DNA of 64,000 bases from contig OX597837.1 in assembly GCA_951406725.2 (NCBI GenBank), positions 9,114,001 to 9,178,000 of the forward strand, read 5' to 3'. The translations under genes were made by a program, and so were the position numbers. Below, one piece after another: positions 12,408 to 27,069 of the stretch; position 1 is the first letter of the stretch, and every line of letters begins with the position of its first letter. A model generated the notes under the pieces. That model searched no databases. It had not been told where the DNA came from and was given only the letters and a program-made list of their open reading frames with translations. The stretch is from Octopus vulgaris (lineage: Eukaryota).

Positions 12408-13336
12408 AATATACATCTTTTAAATTTGAATTTTCAAACTTTCTTTCGTATGTAATTCCACTCGTGCGATACCCTACAACTCCACTTTGTTATATATATA
12501 TACATATATATATATACATATATATATATATACATATATATATATGTTGTGTGTGGACTTATGTATATATAATCATACCCTATACATATTCGTTGCTACA
12601 TAACTATATGTATGTATCCCTGTGTATAAGCATTCCTAAATATGTATATACACACACACACACCATAATAATACATTCACACACAACAATGAAGACAAAC
12701 ATATATAAACAGATACCTATCTCTCAAGGCAAATATATGCTATTGAATTCAATATAAAAAACATATGCTTACAATATGATTTAATCAGGAATTAATAGAT
12801 TTATAACAAAGTATACTTTCGCGTACTAATATCTTCCACGTTACAATGTATTATTAATACAGTTTTTTTTAAAGTATGAATATTAGCGCAGAATTCGTTG
12901 AGATATTATATCTAATAAGATTAAATCTAATTTGAGTGGTATTAGGAATGGAAAGATATCTTAGGAATTATTTTCCCGTAAATATAGTTAAATTAATCAT
13001 GATTGTACGACGTAACGCTGATTGCTGTAACATATTGTTAGCGCTGTTCTGCTGCTGTAGCAACTGGGACTATTTGGCATCATCTTATTGTCATCATCTT
13101 CATCTTCATCACTATCATCATCTTAATCACTGTCATCATCATCATCATCGTCATAGTCATCATCATCATAATCACTATCATTATCATCATCATCATCATC
13201 CTCACGACCACCATCATCTCCATAGCATCATCGTCACAATGTCCATGATTGGATCATCATCACTATTGTCTTGATAATCATGTTGACGATGGTGACGATG
13301 ATGACGATAATGGTTATGAAGAAAAAGAAGAATATT

Positions 13337-13374
<38 letters not shown>

Positions 13375-14261
13375 GTGGAAAAGGAAGGGAAATGCTTTCA
13401 AATTTCTCTGTTTTTAGTTGACGGGTAAAAAAAATGAAACAAAAAATTAAATTTCAAAGTAAAAAAAATCGAAAACACAAATATACAAACACAACCACAC
13501 ATCGCAGTAAATAATAGAAATATATATAAATATATATATGAAATTGAATTTATCAAAGATAAAAACAGACTCTGAAAAATATCCCCTAAACATGTTTAAA
13601 AAATAACTTTTAGAATTTAGCTATGAGGTAACCTGGAAAATTCTTCAAGGATATCCGAGCTTTTTCCATTAGAGTTTGGAACACAGAAAAACTAAAATAC
13701 TCGATAAACACTGCATGTCTCTGTATAGATGTGTACATATTTGTAAAATGAATGTGGTCGTGTGTTTTTGGTTGCTTGTAGGTCTGTATATGTCGTTATG
13801 TATGTATGTATATATTTCTGTGTGTGTTGTCCCTGTGTATGTAGGCGAATTTACTGATACAAATGCACGCACACAGACATATATACATGTATATATATAT
13901 ATATACATATATGGGTGTGTGTATATGCATTTTTAAGCGTGAGTTTAGTGACGCCAATGTATGCGTATTTACCTATCAAAGTATGTGGCATTGTCAGAAG
14001 CCAGGCTTTGCGGTATGTATTACTCTTCTTGAATTTATGTACGCGTGTGCACGCACACACTTATATATACACATACACACACATTTATAAATACACACAT
14101 ACGCACATATATATGTACATATACCTATATATTATACACATACATACCTTTTTCTGCTTTTGGCTGTCTATGTATTTGTATGTGTACAAACTAATCTATG
14201 TAAGAGTGGTTGAATGTACGCGTAAAATGTGTGTATATACTTCGCTGTCCTTGTATTTGCG

Positions 14262-14313
<52 letters not shown>

Positions 14314-14959
14314 TACATACATATATATATTTATATGTATGTATATATATATACATATATATATATATATGTAAATATATACGTATATATACATGTATAT
14401 ATATATGTATATATATAGATATATATATATTTATATACATATATATGTATGTATATATATATATATGTCTGTGTGTGTGTATATATGTATATATATTTAT
14501 ATACATGTCTGTGTATGTATATCGCTGTGCATGTTCTTATGCGTTGTGCGTTTGCGTTTGCGGCTTTCAACATGTGGTGTCTCTAAATGGAAGAGTGAAT
14601 GAGAGGACAGGTACGTGTATGTGAGTGTGTGTGTGTGTATGTGTGTGTGTTATGCTGTTGTATAAATAAGTGATTAGGCTGTTACGTATTCAATGGTTTG
14701 ATTATTGGAGGTGTAGATGTACGTGAAGGTGTGATGGGGTTGGGGTACGTGGCGGGTGGGAGGATAATTCTTGCAGGAGCTGCGATGTGCAGAGGTGTGT
14801 ATGTGGATGCGGATGTGGGTGTATGTGTGTGTGTGAGTGGCGGGTTAATGTTTTAATTGGATTTCAGAGAGTTGTTAGCTGGGAAAATATTGACGACAAC
14901 TATGACGATGAAGTATGGTGATGATGACGATGGTGGTGGTGCTGGTGATGGTTAAAGCA

Positions 14960-15011
14960 ATAGTAATGACGATAATAATAATAATAATGATAATAATAAT
15001 AATAATAATAA

Positions 15012-15042
<31 letters not shown>

Positions 15043-15091
15043 AATGATAATAATAATAATAATAATAATGATAATAATAGTAATAGTAATG

Positions 15092-15158
<67 letters not shown>

Positions 15159-15275
15159 TAATAATAATAATAATGATAATGATAAGAAGAATAAAAATTT
15201 AAAAAATAATAATAATAATGAATAATAATAATAATAATGAATAATAATAATAATAATGAATAATAATAATAATAA

Positions 15276-15314
<39 letters not shown>

Positions 15315-15361
15315 TTAATAATAATAATAATAATAATAACAATAATAATAATAATAATAAC

Positions 15362-15423
<62 letters not shown>

Positions 15424-15508
15424 CAACAGCATAACTAATAATAATAATGATAATAATAACAATAATAATAATAATGATAATAATAATAATAATAATTCTA
15501 ATAATAAT

Positions 15509-15539
<31 letters not shown>

Positions 15540-15583
15540 AAAATAATAATAATAATAATAACAATAATAATAATAATAATAAT

Positions 15584-15643
<60 letters not shown>

Positions 15644-15683
15644 AAATAATAATAAATAATAATAATAATAATAAATAATAATA

Positions 15684-15726
<43 letters not shown>

Positions 15727-15750
15727 GTACTGAAAATAATAATAATGAAA
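14960..15750. repeat. Long (AAT)n compound microsatellite with (GAA)n and (AAC)n inserts
   Basis: Direct observation. Confidence 0.97.
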
Positions 15751-16268
15751 TCACTTTCACTAGAGGCTCATTGTTTTATTTTGTTAATTATTTCGTTGTT
15801 TCTTTTTATTTGCATTCTGGTTCTGTATTTCTCCATTTTGTTTTTACTCTCAGAAGTATTTAAAACGATCCTGAAATCTAATTAACCCATATTACGCGCT
15901 AGGATTCACACATATCTCTCACTATCTCTCATTCACGCATTCTCTTTGACTCTCACACACTCCCTCTGTCTCTCTCTTTCTCTTAGTGTGTCTATCTCTG
16001 TGTTTCTTCAACTCCGTCTCTATCGCTGTTTCCTTTTCTCTCTTTTTACTAACTCTATCTCTTCCTGATTATAAACCTCTATCGCTCGCTACATCTATTT
16101 ATCTCTCTTTGACTATCTCACCTTACACCCAACTGCGATCATATGTATATAATGACACACAATCTTATCTCACATGCGCACATACACGCACACATACATG
16201 CACATATACACAAACATGCATATCAACAGATGTATACAGTCATGCCTATGCATGGATATACAAATATA

Positions 16269-16316
<48 letters not shown>

Positions 16317-16317
16317 G

Positions 16318-16355
<38 letters not shown>

Positions 16356-16356
16356 G

Positions 16357-16406
<50 letters not shown>

Positions 16407-16503
16407 TAGATAGATAGACAGATATTAATATAATAGATATAAATATAGATATCCCTGCGTATACACATATGCATGCATATATATATGTATGGATACATAC
16501 ATG

Positions 16504-16558
<55 letters not shown>

Positions 16559-16688
16559 TCTATATATATAGAAATGTGTGTGTGCGTACATACATATGAT
16601 TATGTACCGTGTATTTATGTTATGCTATCTTTTGGAAAATTCCATGTGTTTGAACGCGTGTGAATTCTAATTCGAGAATTTATATGAA

Positions 16689-16760
<72 letters not shown>

Positions 16761-16765
16761 CATCC

Positions 16766-16815
<50 letters not shown>

Positions 16816-16899
16816 TCCTTCTTTCTATCTCTCTATCTCTCTCTATATATATATGTGTGTGTGTGTGTATAAATGTACATAAATATATATTTATATATA

Positions 16900-16951
<52 letters not shown>

Positions 16952-17084
16952 ATATAAAAATTACGAATGAGTGTATATATTTGTGTTATTTTTCAAATCT
17001 GTTCTATGAGATTTTAACGCTTCATATTGCTAATGATATTTTGGATTTCATGCATGTATGTTCGTAGGTGTGTATGTATAGATG

Positions 17085-17115
<31 letters not shown>

Positions 17116-17298
17116 ACATGTTTATTGGGGGCAGGCTTGTAAATATCTAAGTATTTAATCTTTATATGTATATATGTACACATATATGTACGTCTTTAAC
17201 AACTTGTTTAATCATATTATTTGATGAATGTCCATAGTGCATGTATATATTAATAAACAATTATCCAGATTTGATTACACAAGTATAAACATACAGTA

Positions 17299-17348
<50 letters not shown>

Positions 17349-17845
17349 ATATATATACATATATACATATATACATATGTATATCTATGCATATACATGT
17401 AGAAGCATATATACATATGCATATATGTGTATATATATAAATATATATATATATACATACATATTTATATATGTTTGTGTGTCGTGTGTGTGTGTGTCCG
17501 TGCGTGTGTGTATAAACCTCCTTAGATCTTCATATACTTCTTCAGATTTACTGATTGTAAAAGTTCTGCCCAAAATTCAAATCCTTGCTTACGCAATTTC
17601 CAAATATCCTTAATGGAGCATGCGGCAAATATCCTTATCTAAATTTTTAAATTCTACCAGATTGTAAGTGCGTATTCTAAAATGATTGATATGTAATTAT
17701 TCATTTGGTATTTAAATTATTTGAGCATAATGAGCTGAAGATCTGGAATTTAGAAATACGTAATGCATGTATAATACCGATTTATTGATATAATTTGATT
17801 ATGGAAATTATTCTTCCACGAGTATGTCTTCGATAAATATGGTGG

Positions 17846-17935
<90 letters not shown>

Positions 17936-19038
17936 CGCTTCTCGAAAATCAAGGTGACGGATACAAGCTCTTCCGGAAACGGGGAAAGTGAAAGACGCGT
18001 ATGGTACAGAGGCCCTCCACAAGGGTACAGAATATAGGGCAACAAACACATATTCAATCTGTTTCGCAACGGCTCCGATAACATCAATAGCAACAACAAT
18101 TACAAAAAAAATAACAAATACAAAAATAACAACAATGACGACACCAACAAAAATAGGAGCCTCAAAATTTCGATGATAGAGAAAGAATAAGAAATTCGGT
18201 TATAATATGGATGAATTTCCTGCATCAAAGAGCCTCAGGAAGCATAACCCATACCATCATGTGTAACAGACTTTTCACAAACATCGACATCAGCAACAGC
18301 AACAACAATAATGACAAGAAAAGCGTCGTTATTAGCAAGAACATCAGCTAATTTGCAAGAACAAAAAAAACTACTGAAGGAAGAGACCTTGAGACAAAAA
18401 TATAGGAAACTGGGAGAAGCAGGATATCAGCACAATAGAGAAGATTGAATAACAAACACTGCTGTCCCTTCAGTATTTTGTCGCCTCAGTATTTAAGTTT
18501 AGATTAGATAAATATTCAATGCATTATAGATCCAGTTAGAAAAGTGTTTTCAGGGATTATGGACCGAGGAAGCCTCTATGGTTCTATGGTTATATGGAAT
18601 TGTGATTCCACGCTGAAGCATTGGCTCAGAGGTATTCAATGGCCTGTACGAACGTGGTTATACACATGCTTCCATCATACCTTGTTGGGTGTGTGGTGAA
18701 AACAAAAGTGACAGATTTGCCAGGAAGATTCGACATCTAATGAGTCGTGGTGTGTGTGAATACAAAAAGCAAACAAAAAGCAATGAAAATTAATACGCGA
18801 TTGGGTTCGAGAATTTGATCCATTTAATATGGGAAACACTAGCCACGGGAGTGAAGAATATATGCTGCAGAGAATATTTTAAAATTAAACTAAAGCTAAG
18901 AGTTTCTTTCAGGTTTCACGCCGCTATGACCATTAGATGAAAATCTGAAGATCACAATGGCATGAAACTCGAGTCACAAAGAACAGCTCCACTTTAAATA
19001 ACAAATTATATACAAATATACATACATACATACATACA

Positions 19039-19104
<66 letters not shown>

Positions 19105-19139
19105 TGGGTATGAGTAAGTATTTTATTTATGACAGGTAT

Positions 19140-19200
19140 TTATCGCTGACGAGGAGAAAATTCTTATGAATTAAGTCTGAAATTGGGACCAATACGGTAA
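19140..19200 (+). ncRNA. Type I hammerhead ribozyme-like motif with canonical core
   Basis: TTATCG-CTGACGA-GGA...AATTC(ttat)GAATT...TCT-GAA-ATTGG(ga)CCAAT-A-CGGTAA. Stem I has 6 bp, helix III is near-palindromic, and the cleavage triplet AUA is at 19192-19194. Confidence 0.7.
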
Positions 19201-19398
19201 TAACGGATTTTTTAGAAATTTCTATCGGCTTGTTTCGAGACGCATTAATTATAATGGTTATTGACAGTTTTGACATTAGAAGTTTTCTTTTGCCCTTATT
19301 TTATAAGTTATTTATAAATTTAACATTTAAAGGTATTTTTTTGATATGCTGGCCATTGATAAAACTTTTTTTCGAAAAAAATTTTATCGTACATTAGT

Positions 19399-19498
<100 letters not shown>

Positions 19499-19499
19499 T

Positions 19500-19542
<43 letters not shown>

Positions 19543-19582
19543 CACACGCACACACACGAATAGACTCACACACATATACATA

Positions 19583-19626
<44 letters not shown>

Positions 19627-19678
19627 CAAATGTTGGCGATTTGTTTCTTCCGTCTTCCTTTTCTTCCCTCTGTTTCCC

Positions 19679-19715
19679 GTTTCTGAAGAAGAGCTTTGCT
19701 CGAAACGTTAAAAAC
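19679..19715 (+). ncRNA. Minimal hammerhead-like motif in a PLE remnant between (TA)n tracts
   Basis: GTTT-CTGAAGA-A-GAGC(ttt)GCTC-GAAACGTTA-a-AAAC, with an AACGTT palindrome in helix III. Confidence 0.6.
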
Positions 19716-19827
19716 CCTTTCTTTCTTTACATGGGCGTCTTATAAATACTTTCCATGTACCACGTCTTCGTGATGAACATTCTTGTCTTTTTTCTCCGTT
19801 TTATTACTTATAATTATCTATATATAC

Positions 19828-19908
<81 letters not shown>

Positions 19909-19917
19909 CATATACAT

Positions 19918-20323
19918 ACGCTTTTACTCTCTTACTTGTTTCAGTCATTTGACTGCGGCCATGCTGGAGCACCGCCTTTAATCGAGCAACTCGACCCGGG
20001 ACTTATTCTTTTGTAAGCCCAGTACTTATTCTATCGGTCTCTTTTGCCGAACCGCTAAGTAACGGGGACATAAACACACCAGCATCGGTTGTCAAGCAAT
20101 GCTAGGGGGACAAACACAGACACACAAACATACACACGCATATATATATATATACATATATACGACGGGCTTCTTTCAGTTTCCGTCTACCAAATCCACT
20201 CACAAGGCTTTGGTTGGCCCGAGGCTATAGTAGAAGACACTTGCTCAAGGTGCCACGCAGTGGGACTGAACCCGGAACCATGTGGTTGGTAAACAAGCTA
20301 CTTACCACACAGCCACTCCTGAG

Positions 20324-20325
<2 letters not shown>
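19918..20325 (-). mobile_element. SINE family B, full-length tRNA-derived SINE with CORE-like domain
   Basis: Minus-strand head has A box TGGCTGTGTGG and B box GGTTCAGTCCC. It continues with CCTTGAGCAAGTGTCTTC, an internal TA/TG microsatellite and a GTAAAAGA-type tail. Confidence 0.9.
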
Positions 20326-20380
<55 letters not shown>

Positions 20381-20454
20381 ATAGTATTAGCGTCGTATTC
20401 ATTACGTTCGCTATTTTCCAGTAAATATAGGTGCTTCGTTGTGCCATTTATTTA

Positions 20455-20515
<61 letters not shown>

Positions 20516-20999
20516 GCATAAATTATCAATTTACACTCTTCTATGAAGCACAGAAAAATAATAAAAGGAGTGAGATGCAAAGATGAGCGGCCTCGGTGGA
20601 ATTCGAACCTACGAAATTAAAGGACACCACTGAACACCGCATGCATGCTGCTGAGTCGATACGATTTTCGTGTCTTTTTGCTGTTGTTTTTTTCCACGTA
20701 GCAGTCAGAATGTGGAATATCCAAAGTAATTCTCTTAGCTCTTTAGCGATGTTTTAATGGCAAACGATATACGTAGTGTTAGTGGAAATATTCCCACTGG
20801 ATAGGAATTTATTAATATCGATATCCTTTCTAATATGTTCTGCCATGTGATATTAGCCGTATACAATCCGTTCGTTCAAGCACTTCCCAACTAATCTCCC
20901 TCTGTTAGCCAGTGTGCTGGTAATTGCATAACTCGATCCTATTCTGTCTGCGTATGATGTAAGTATGTGTGTATCGAAATTTTTACGCTTGCTTGTATG

Positions 21000-21037
<38 letters not shown>

Positions 21038-21130
21038 CACACATACACACACATACACACATATATATATATATATATAATTATATACATATATATATAT
21101 ATGTATGTATGAACAGCTATATAGATATAG

Positions 21131-21177
<47 letters not shown>

Positions 21178-21241
21178 TATATATAAATATGTATATTAAT
21201 GTACATATATATGTGTATGTATCTCTATCGAAAATATATAC

Positions 21242-21292
<51 letters not shown>

Positions 21293-22539
21293 TACATTCA
21301 CTCATACATACACGAACATATGCGTGTATTTACGTATATCTGAATATATACATTTGAAATGTATAATATACACTTGCCTCAATATACATATTATAGATTC
21401 TAAAGGCTTTTATTATCAGTTATTTATTAAGAACGTTAATATTTATACACACCGCGGAACACGGGAAGCACTTCACGGACATATACATACACATATACAT
21501 CAAAATGCATATATTTGTATGTGTGTACGTGTGTGTGTGTATATATGTATCTATATATATATATATATACATACACACACACACACACATATATATATAT
21601 ACATACATACATGCATACATACATACATGCATACATACATACATATTAGGACATTGAAACACACACCTCACATATTTAAATACAGTTATGTAAATATGAA
21701 TATATATATGTGTGTGTATATATATATATACAGACGCATGCAGAGACACACTCATAAACATGTATACACACATGCATATTTATATCTCTGTGTGCATGTA
21801 TGTATGTTTGTATGTATACACACACACATATATGCATATGTATTCAATCGATCTGCAATGGCTGTTAGGCTTTTAACTTCACCAACACATTATGGCTGTC
21901 ACGTATCATCGGACGAATCGCACGCACACACAAACACATACACACAAACACACACACATTTGTGTGTATTCATATATATATACACGTACACACATACACG
22001 TGTGTGTATGTATGTGTGTGCCTATGTATGTATGCATCTCTGTGCATCTATGTATGTTTGTGTCTGTATGTATATGTATCTAAGTGTGTATGTATGGATG
22101 GATGTATGTTCACCAAATATTTTGTAATAGGATGGACGCGTTCAGTCAGCTTCAATTGGTCTCTGTTCACCACATGAAATCGCTTTATTCGACCCTGGCG
22201 AGTCACAAAATTTTACGATATGATTTCACCGGCTATATTTATATTTATGTTAATAATACTTCATAAATAGCTTAAATTTACTGAATAAAGGACCATAAAA
22301 ATGCCAAGTGGAACACCGTTTATATCTCTAGAGTTATTTCTGATGTAGTTTTTCTTGTATTTTTTCTTTTGTATTTAAAATTCTCTCATCTCTCATTCTG
22401 GTCCAACTCAATGGCTTTCACACGCACAAATGCTCATGAGCAGGCTCACACATTTAGTCACAAGTTACATGCAAAGAAGCTGACAATAACACATACAAAT
22501 ATAAATATAGCCCTGTCAGTATATGCATACGTCGCCAAG

Positions 22540-22574
<35 letters not shown>

Positions 22575-22951
22575 GCTATGTGTATGTGTATGTGTATGTG
22601 AAAGTGTTTGTACGCGTGTATGTTTAAATATGTGTGTAATGACAGAGCTAAGAAATCGGAAGTCAAATTTAAGTAAAAGTGCACTAATAAACTTTGACTA
22701 TGAACGGTAGGTATTGTGTAACAGTCAGATTTGTTTATGGAATGACCAACTGTGGGATTAGAAAAAAAACAAACAAAGTAAGGGATACTTCAAGGAAAGA
22801 ATAACAAAACACACACAAACATGCATATACACAATATACACATATCCTGACATCTACTTAAACATTCTAAAATGTGAAAATTCAAGAATTGTAGATAAAT
22901 TAATCCAACTGTAATTAATCCAACTATATATATATACACACAAACACACAG

Positions 22952-22982
<31 letters not shown>

Positions 22983-23046
22983 CACACATACACGCACACA
23001 CACACACAAATACACACACACACATACACACACACATATATATATA

Positions 23047-23347
23047 TCACGTGATCACTTGACCGACCAGACCATCAGATGTTGTTACACATCGCTGGTC
23101 ACAATGCGTTCGCATTGTTTTAGCCTTCGAATGACGTCACCCCGCTGGCTAAGCGAGCAGGCCAACAGAAGAAAGAGTGGGAGAAATATTGGTGAAAGAG
23201 TACAGCAGGGATCACCACCCCCTGCAGGAGCCTCGTGGAGCTTTTAGGTGTTTTCGCTCAATAAACACTCACAACGCCCGGTCTGGGAATCGAAACCGCG
23301 ATCCTGCGACCGCGAGTCTGCCCTAACCACTAGGCCACTGCGCCTCC
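23047..23347 (-). mobile_element. SINE family C, tRNA-derived
   Basis: Minus-strand head GGAGGCGCAGTGGCCTAGTGGTTAGG (A box) and GGTTTCGATTCCC (B box), then about 230 nt of body, flanked by (TA)n. Confidence 0.85.
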
Positions 23348-23550
23348 ATATATATATATATATATATATAACGGGAAGCTTTATGAAAATAAACAAAAGA
23401 CGAAGGCAGGTGGAAAACAAACAAACAATTGTATTAGTATGGCGCTCAGGAAATATAAATAGGGAAAGTTTACGAAAATGAACAAAAGACGAAGGCAGGT
23501 GGAGTACAAACAAACGAATGTATTAGTATAACGCTCAGGAATAGAAAAAG

Positions 23551-23588
23551 TCTTTTACGTTTCGAACCTACGCTCTTCGACAGAAAGA
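23551..23588 (-). ncRNA. Loop-less minimal hammerhead-like motif in a PLE remnant (about 23370-23650)
   Basis: Minus strand: TCTTT-CTGTCGA-A-GAGC(gtag)GTTC-GAAAC-GTA-AAAGA with a 5-bp stem I. The remnant also carries a roughly 90-nt tandem duplication (ACAAAAGACGAAGGCAGGTGGA twice). Confidence 0.55.
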
Positions 23589-24158
23589 TACACAGAAAAA
23601 AAACAAGGAGAGAAAAAATGCGTTAGGAGCTAACGATCTATCATTCGTTCCATATTTCAAGTTAGTAGAGCTTTAACAGTGGGGTGGGGTACGTTTTGCT
23701 CCTATATATATATATAGTTAGTCTTTGGATTGCTTGTAACCAACTGATATTTCAAATCTTTGATATCATACATAAGAGCATCACTCAAGATTCACTCTCT
23801 CGGTTGCGTAAAATCTAACTCTATTTCTAAAAACCTGGTAGTAGAATCACCAGACAATCTAACCAAGCGATTCCATTTCCATAAATATATCTCTTTGGCA
23901 TTTATCTGTAATTTATCAATTACTAACGTTTCTCTTCTGTTTTAGTTGTTGTTTTTATTCCCAAGCTAAACCTGATTTTGCGCAGCTTCAACGAAAGTTT
24001 GCCAGCCATATCAAACGTGTCTTTCGAATGTGTCTTTCTCCCGCCAGTTTTTCTCATGAATTCTGGCGTCAGTTTACGGTTTCATGCGTTGCGCTGGTTG
24101 AATTGTAGTCTTTACTAATGTACGGAAGAGAAAAGAATGGTTTCATCAGTACGTGTAT

Positions 24159-24545
24159 ACTCTTTACTCTTTTACTCTTTTACTTGTTTCAGTCATTTGA
24201 CTGTGGCCATGCTGGAGCACCGCCTTCTTTTTAGTCGAGTAAATCGACCCCGGGACTTATTCTTTGTAAGCCCAGTACTTATTCTATCGGTCTCTTTTTG
24301 CCGAACCGCTAAGTGACGGGGATGTAAACACACCAGCACACAAACACACACACATACATATATATATATACATACATATATACGACGGGCTTCTTTCAGT
24401 TTCCGTCTACCAAATCCACTCACAAGGCATTGGTCAGCCTGGGGCTATAGCAGAAGACACTTGCCCAAGATGCCACGCAGTGGGACTGAACCCGGAACCA
24501 TGTGGTTGGTTAGCAAGCTACTTACCACACAGCCACTCCTGCGCC
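24159..24545 (-). mobile_element. SINE family B, near full-length
   Basis: Highly similar to 19918-20325. Head GGCGCAGGAGTGGCTGTGTGGTAAG and a (GAGTAAAA)n tail. Confidence 0.9.
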
Positions 24546-24989
24546 TATGTATATCTGTATGTATATCTGTGTAATATTGTGAATGTATAGGAATGATTTT
24601 TCTGGGTCTTAGAATTATAAAGAACGAGGGGTATGAAGCAGATGAAAAAGAAATATGAAGGAAATAGAGGAGATGAAGAGGAAGGAGTGCAAGAAGAAAA
24701 TGAATGAAGGGAGGAAGAAGAAAAGAGAAAAAGAAAGAGAAAATGAATAAAGGAGGGATCGACGGAAAAGGTGAAGACAAAAGGACAAAATGGAAGACAA
24801 AAAAGAGGATAAAAGAAAGACAGGTAGAAGAAGAAGAAAAGGGAAAAGAAGTGGAAAAAGAAGAATATATAAGGGGAGTGTAGATGATGAAAGAGAAGGA
24901 GAGAAGGAAGACAAGAGAGAATGAGATGGAAGAGGATGCTGAAGAACAAGGATGAGATAATGTTTTTTAAGAATGAAGAAAATAAGGAG

Positions 24990-26108
24990 AGGAGGAGGAG
25001 GTAGAAGAAGAAGAAGAAGTAGAAATAGAAGAAGAAGAAGAAGAAGAAGAAGAAGAAGAAGAAGAGAAGAAGAAGAAGAAGAAGAAAGAAGAAGAAGAAG
25101 ACGAAGAAGAAGAAGACGAAGAAGAAGAAGACGAAGAAGAAGAAGGAGAAGAAGAAGAAGAAGAAGAAGAAGATGAAGACGAAGAAGAAGAAGAAGAAGA
25201 AGAAGAAGAAGAAGAAGAAGACGAAGAAGAAGAAGACGAAGAAGAAGAAGACGAAGAAGAAGAAGGAGAAGAAGAAGAAGAAGAAGAAGACGAAGAAGAA
25301 GAAGACGAAGAAGAAGAAGACGAAGAAGAAGAAGAAGAAGAAGACGAAGAAGAAGACGAAGAAGAAGGAGTAGAAGAAGAAGAAGAAGAAGAAGAAGAAG
25401 AAGAAGACGAAGAAGAAGAAGACGAAGAAGAAGAAGACGAAGAAGAAGAAGGAGAAGAAGAAGAAGAAGAAGAAGAAGACGAAGAAGAAGAAGACGAAGA
25501 AGAAGAAGAAGAAGAAGAAGAAGAAGAAGAAGAAGAAGACGAAGAAGAAGAAGACGAACAAGAAGAAGACGAAGAAGAAGAAGGAGAAGAAGAAGAAGAA
25601 GAAGAAGAAGAAGAAGACGAAGAAGAAGAAGACGAAGAAGAAGAAGACGAAGAAAAAGAAGGAGAAGAAGAAGAAGAAGAAGAAGAAGAAGACGAAGAAG
25701 AAGACGAAGAAGAAGAAGACGAAGAAGAAGAAGAAGAAGAAGAAAAAGAAGACGAAGAAGAAGACGAAGAAGAAGAAGGAGTAGAAGAAGAAGAAGAAGA
25801 AGAAGAAGAAGAAGAAGAAGAAGAAGAAGAAGAAGAAGAAGAAGACGAAGAAGAAGAAGACGAAGAAGAAGAAGGAGAAGAAGAAGAAGACGAAGAAGAA
25901 GAAGAAGAAGAAGAAGAAGAAGAAGAAGAATACGAAGAAGACGAAGAAGACGAAGAAGAAGAAGGAGTAGAAGAAGAAGAAGAAGAAGAAGAAGAAGAAG
26001 AAGACGAAGAAGAAGAAGACGAAGAAGAAGAAGGAGAAGAAGAAGAAGAAGAAGAAGAAGGAGAAGAAGAAGAAGAAATAGAAGAAGAAGAAGAAGAAGA
26101 AGAAGAAG
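24990..26108. repeat. About 1.1-kb (GAA)n tract with periodic GAC/GGA/GTA interruptions
   Basis: Direct observation. A purine-rich low-complexity stretch precedes it from about 24620. Confidence 0.97.
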
Positions 26109-27017
26109 ATTATGATGCTGACAACGACGATGATGACGAAACAAATTCAAAGTGTGCCTCTCCTTTTCTGCAGCCCAGCTTCTCAAACTTGATACTGAAG
26201 CAGTTATATATTCGAATTTCACCAAACAATACATACATACATACATATATTTAAAGAAGACAAACAAGAGTTATTAAATTAGTAGAATGCTGGCAGAGCC
26301 TTCATTAATGCAACTTAGATGTATTTTTCTTTATCCTTTAATCTTTAACGATATGTTAATGTCCGCTAGATAGGCTTTTTCAAATTCTTTTCAAATAATC
26401 CAGCCCGTTTCCTTATCGTTGTGTTTCGTGTTTTTGTAATGGGTTTTACAGATGTTTTAGCAACAATATTCCATTACTACATATGTCGATGTGTGTGTGT
26501 GTATGTGTGTGTGTGTCTATGAGAGAGATTACACTAGTGTGTGTCTGTTTGTGTGGGTGTCTGACCGTTTATTTTCATTCCTTCATGGGTATGTATGTAT
26601 ATGTTCAATGATAGATAGACGCAGATACGTCAATGTATGTATGTATATGTATATCTGTGTGTGTATTTATGTATGTATGTACTAGGTACGTGTATACTTG
26701 TATATTTATAATGATATATATATATATAACTGTATATAAATAATATATATATAGAAATATATTTATCTATATAAACATAAATACAATCATATATATTTGT
26801 ATGTGTGTATATATGTACATGCATATACCTTCGTAAGTATATGTATATATATACATAAATATATATACATGCATATATATATATACATATACATGAATAT
26901 ACATATATATATATACATATACATGAATATACATATATATACACATATATATATACATATATATACATATATGTATATATAAAATTCACACACACACTAC
27001 ACTCATATACATACATA

Positions 27018-27069
<52 letters not shown>

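Noticed and set aside
21105-22127. 340-aa ORF and the many other YIYI/HTHT/CVCV/LSIY ORFs
   Set aside because: They are products of (TA)n, (CA)n, (TATG)n and (TATC)n microsatellites, which lack stop codons.
23270-23347. tRNA gene-like A/B boxes (also the heads of SINE family B)
   Set aside because: There is no complete cloverleaf and the sequence continues into a SINE body, so these are tRNA-derived SINE heads.
24545-26267. 338-aa and 550-aa minus-strand ORFs (poly-F, poly-L)
   Set aside because: They are translations of the (TTC)n strand of the GAA tract and have no coding complexity.
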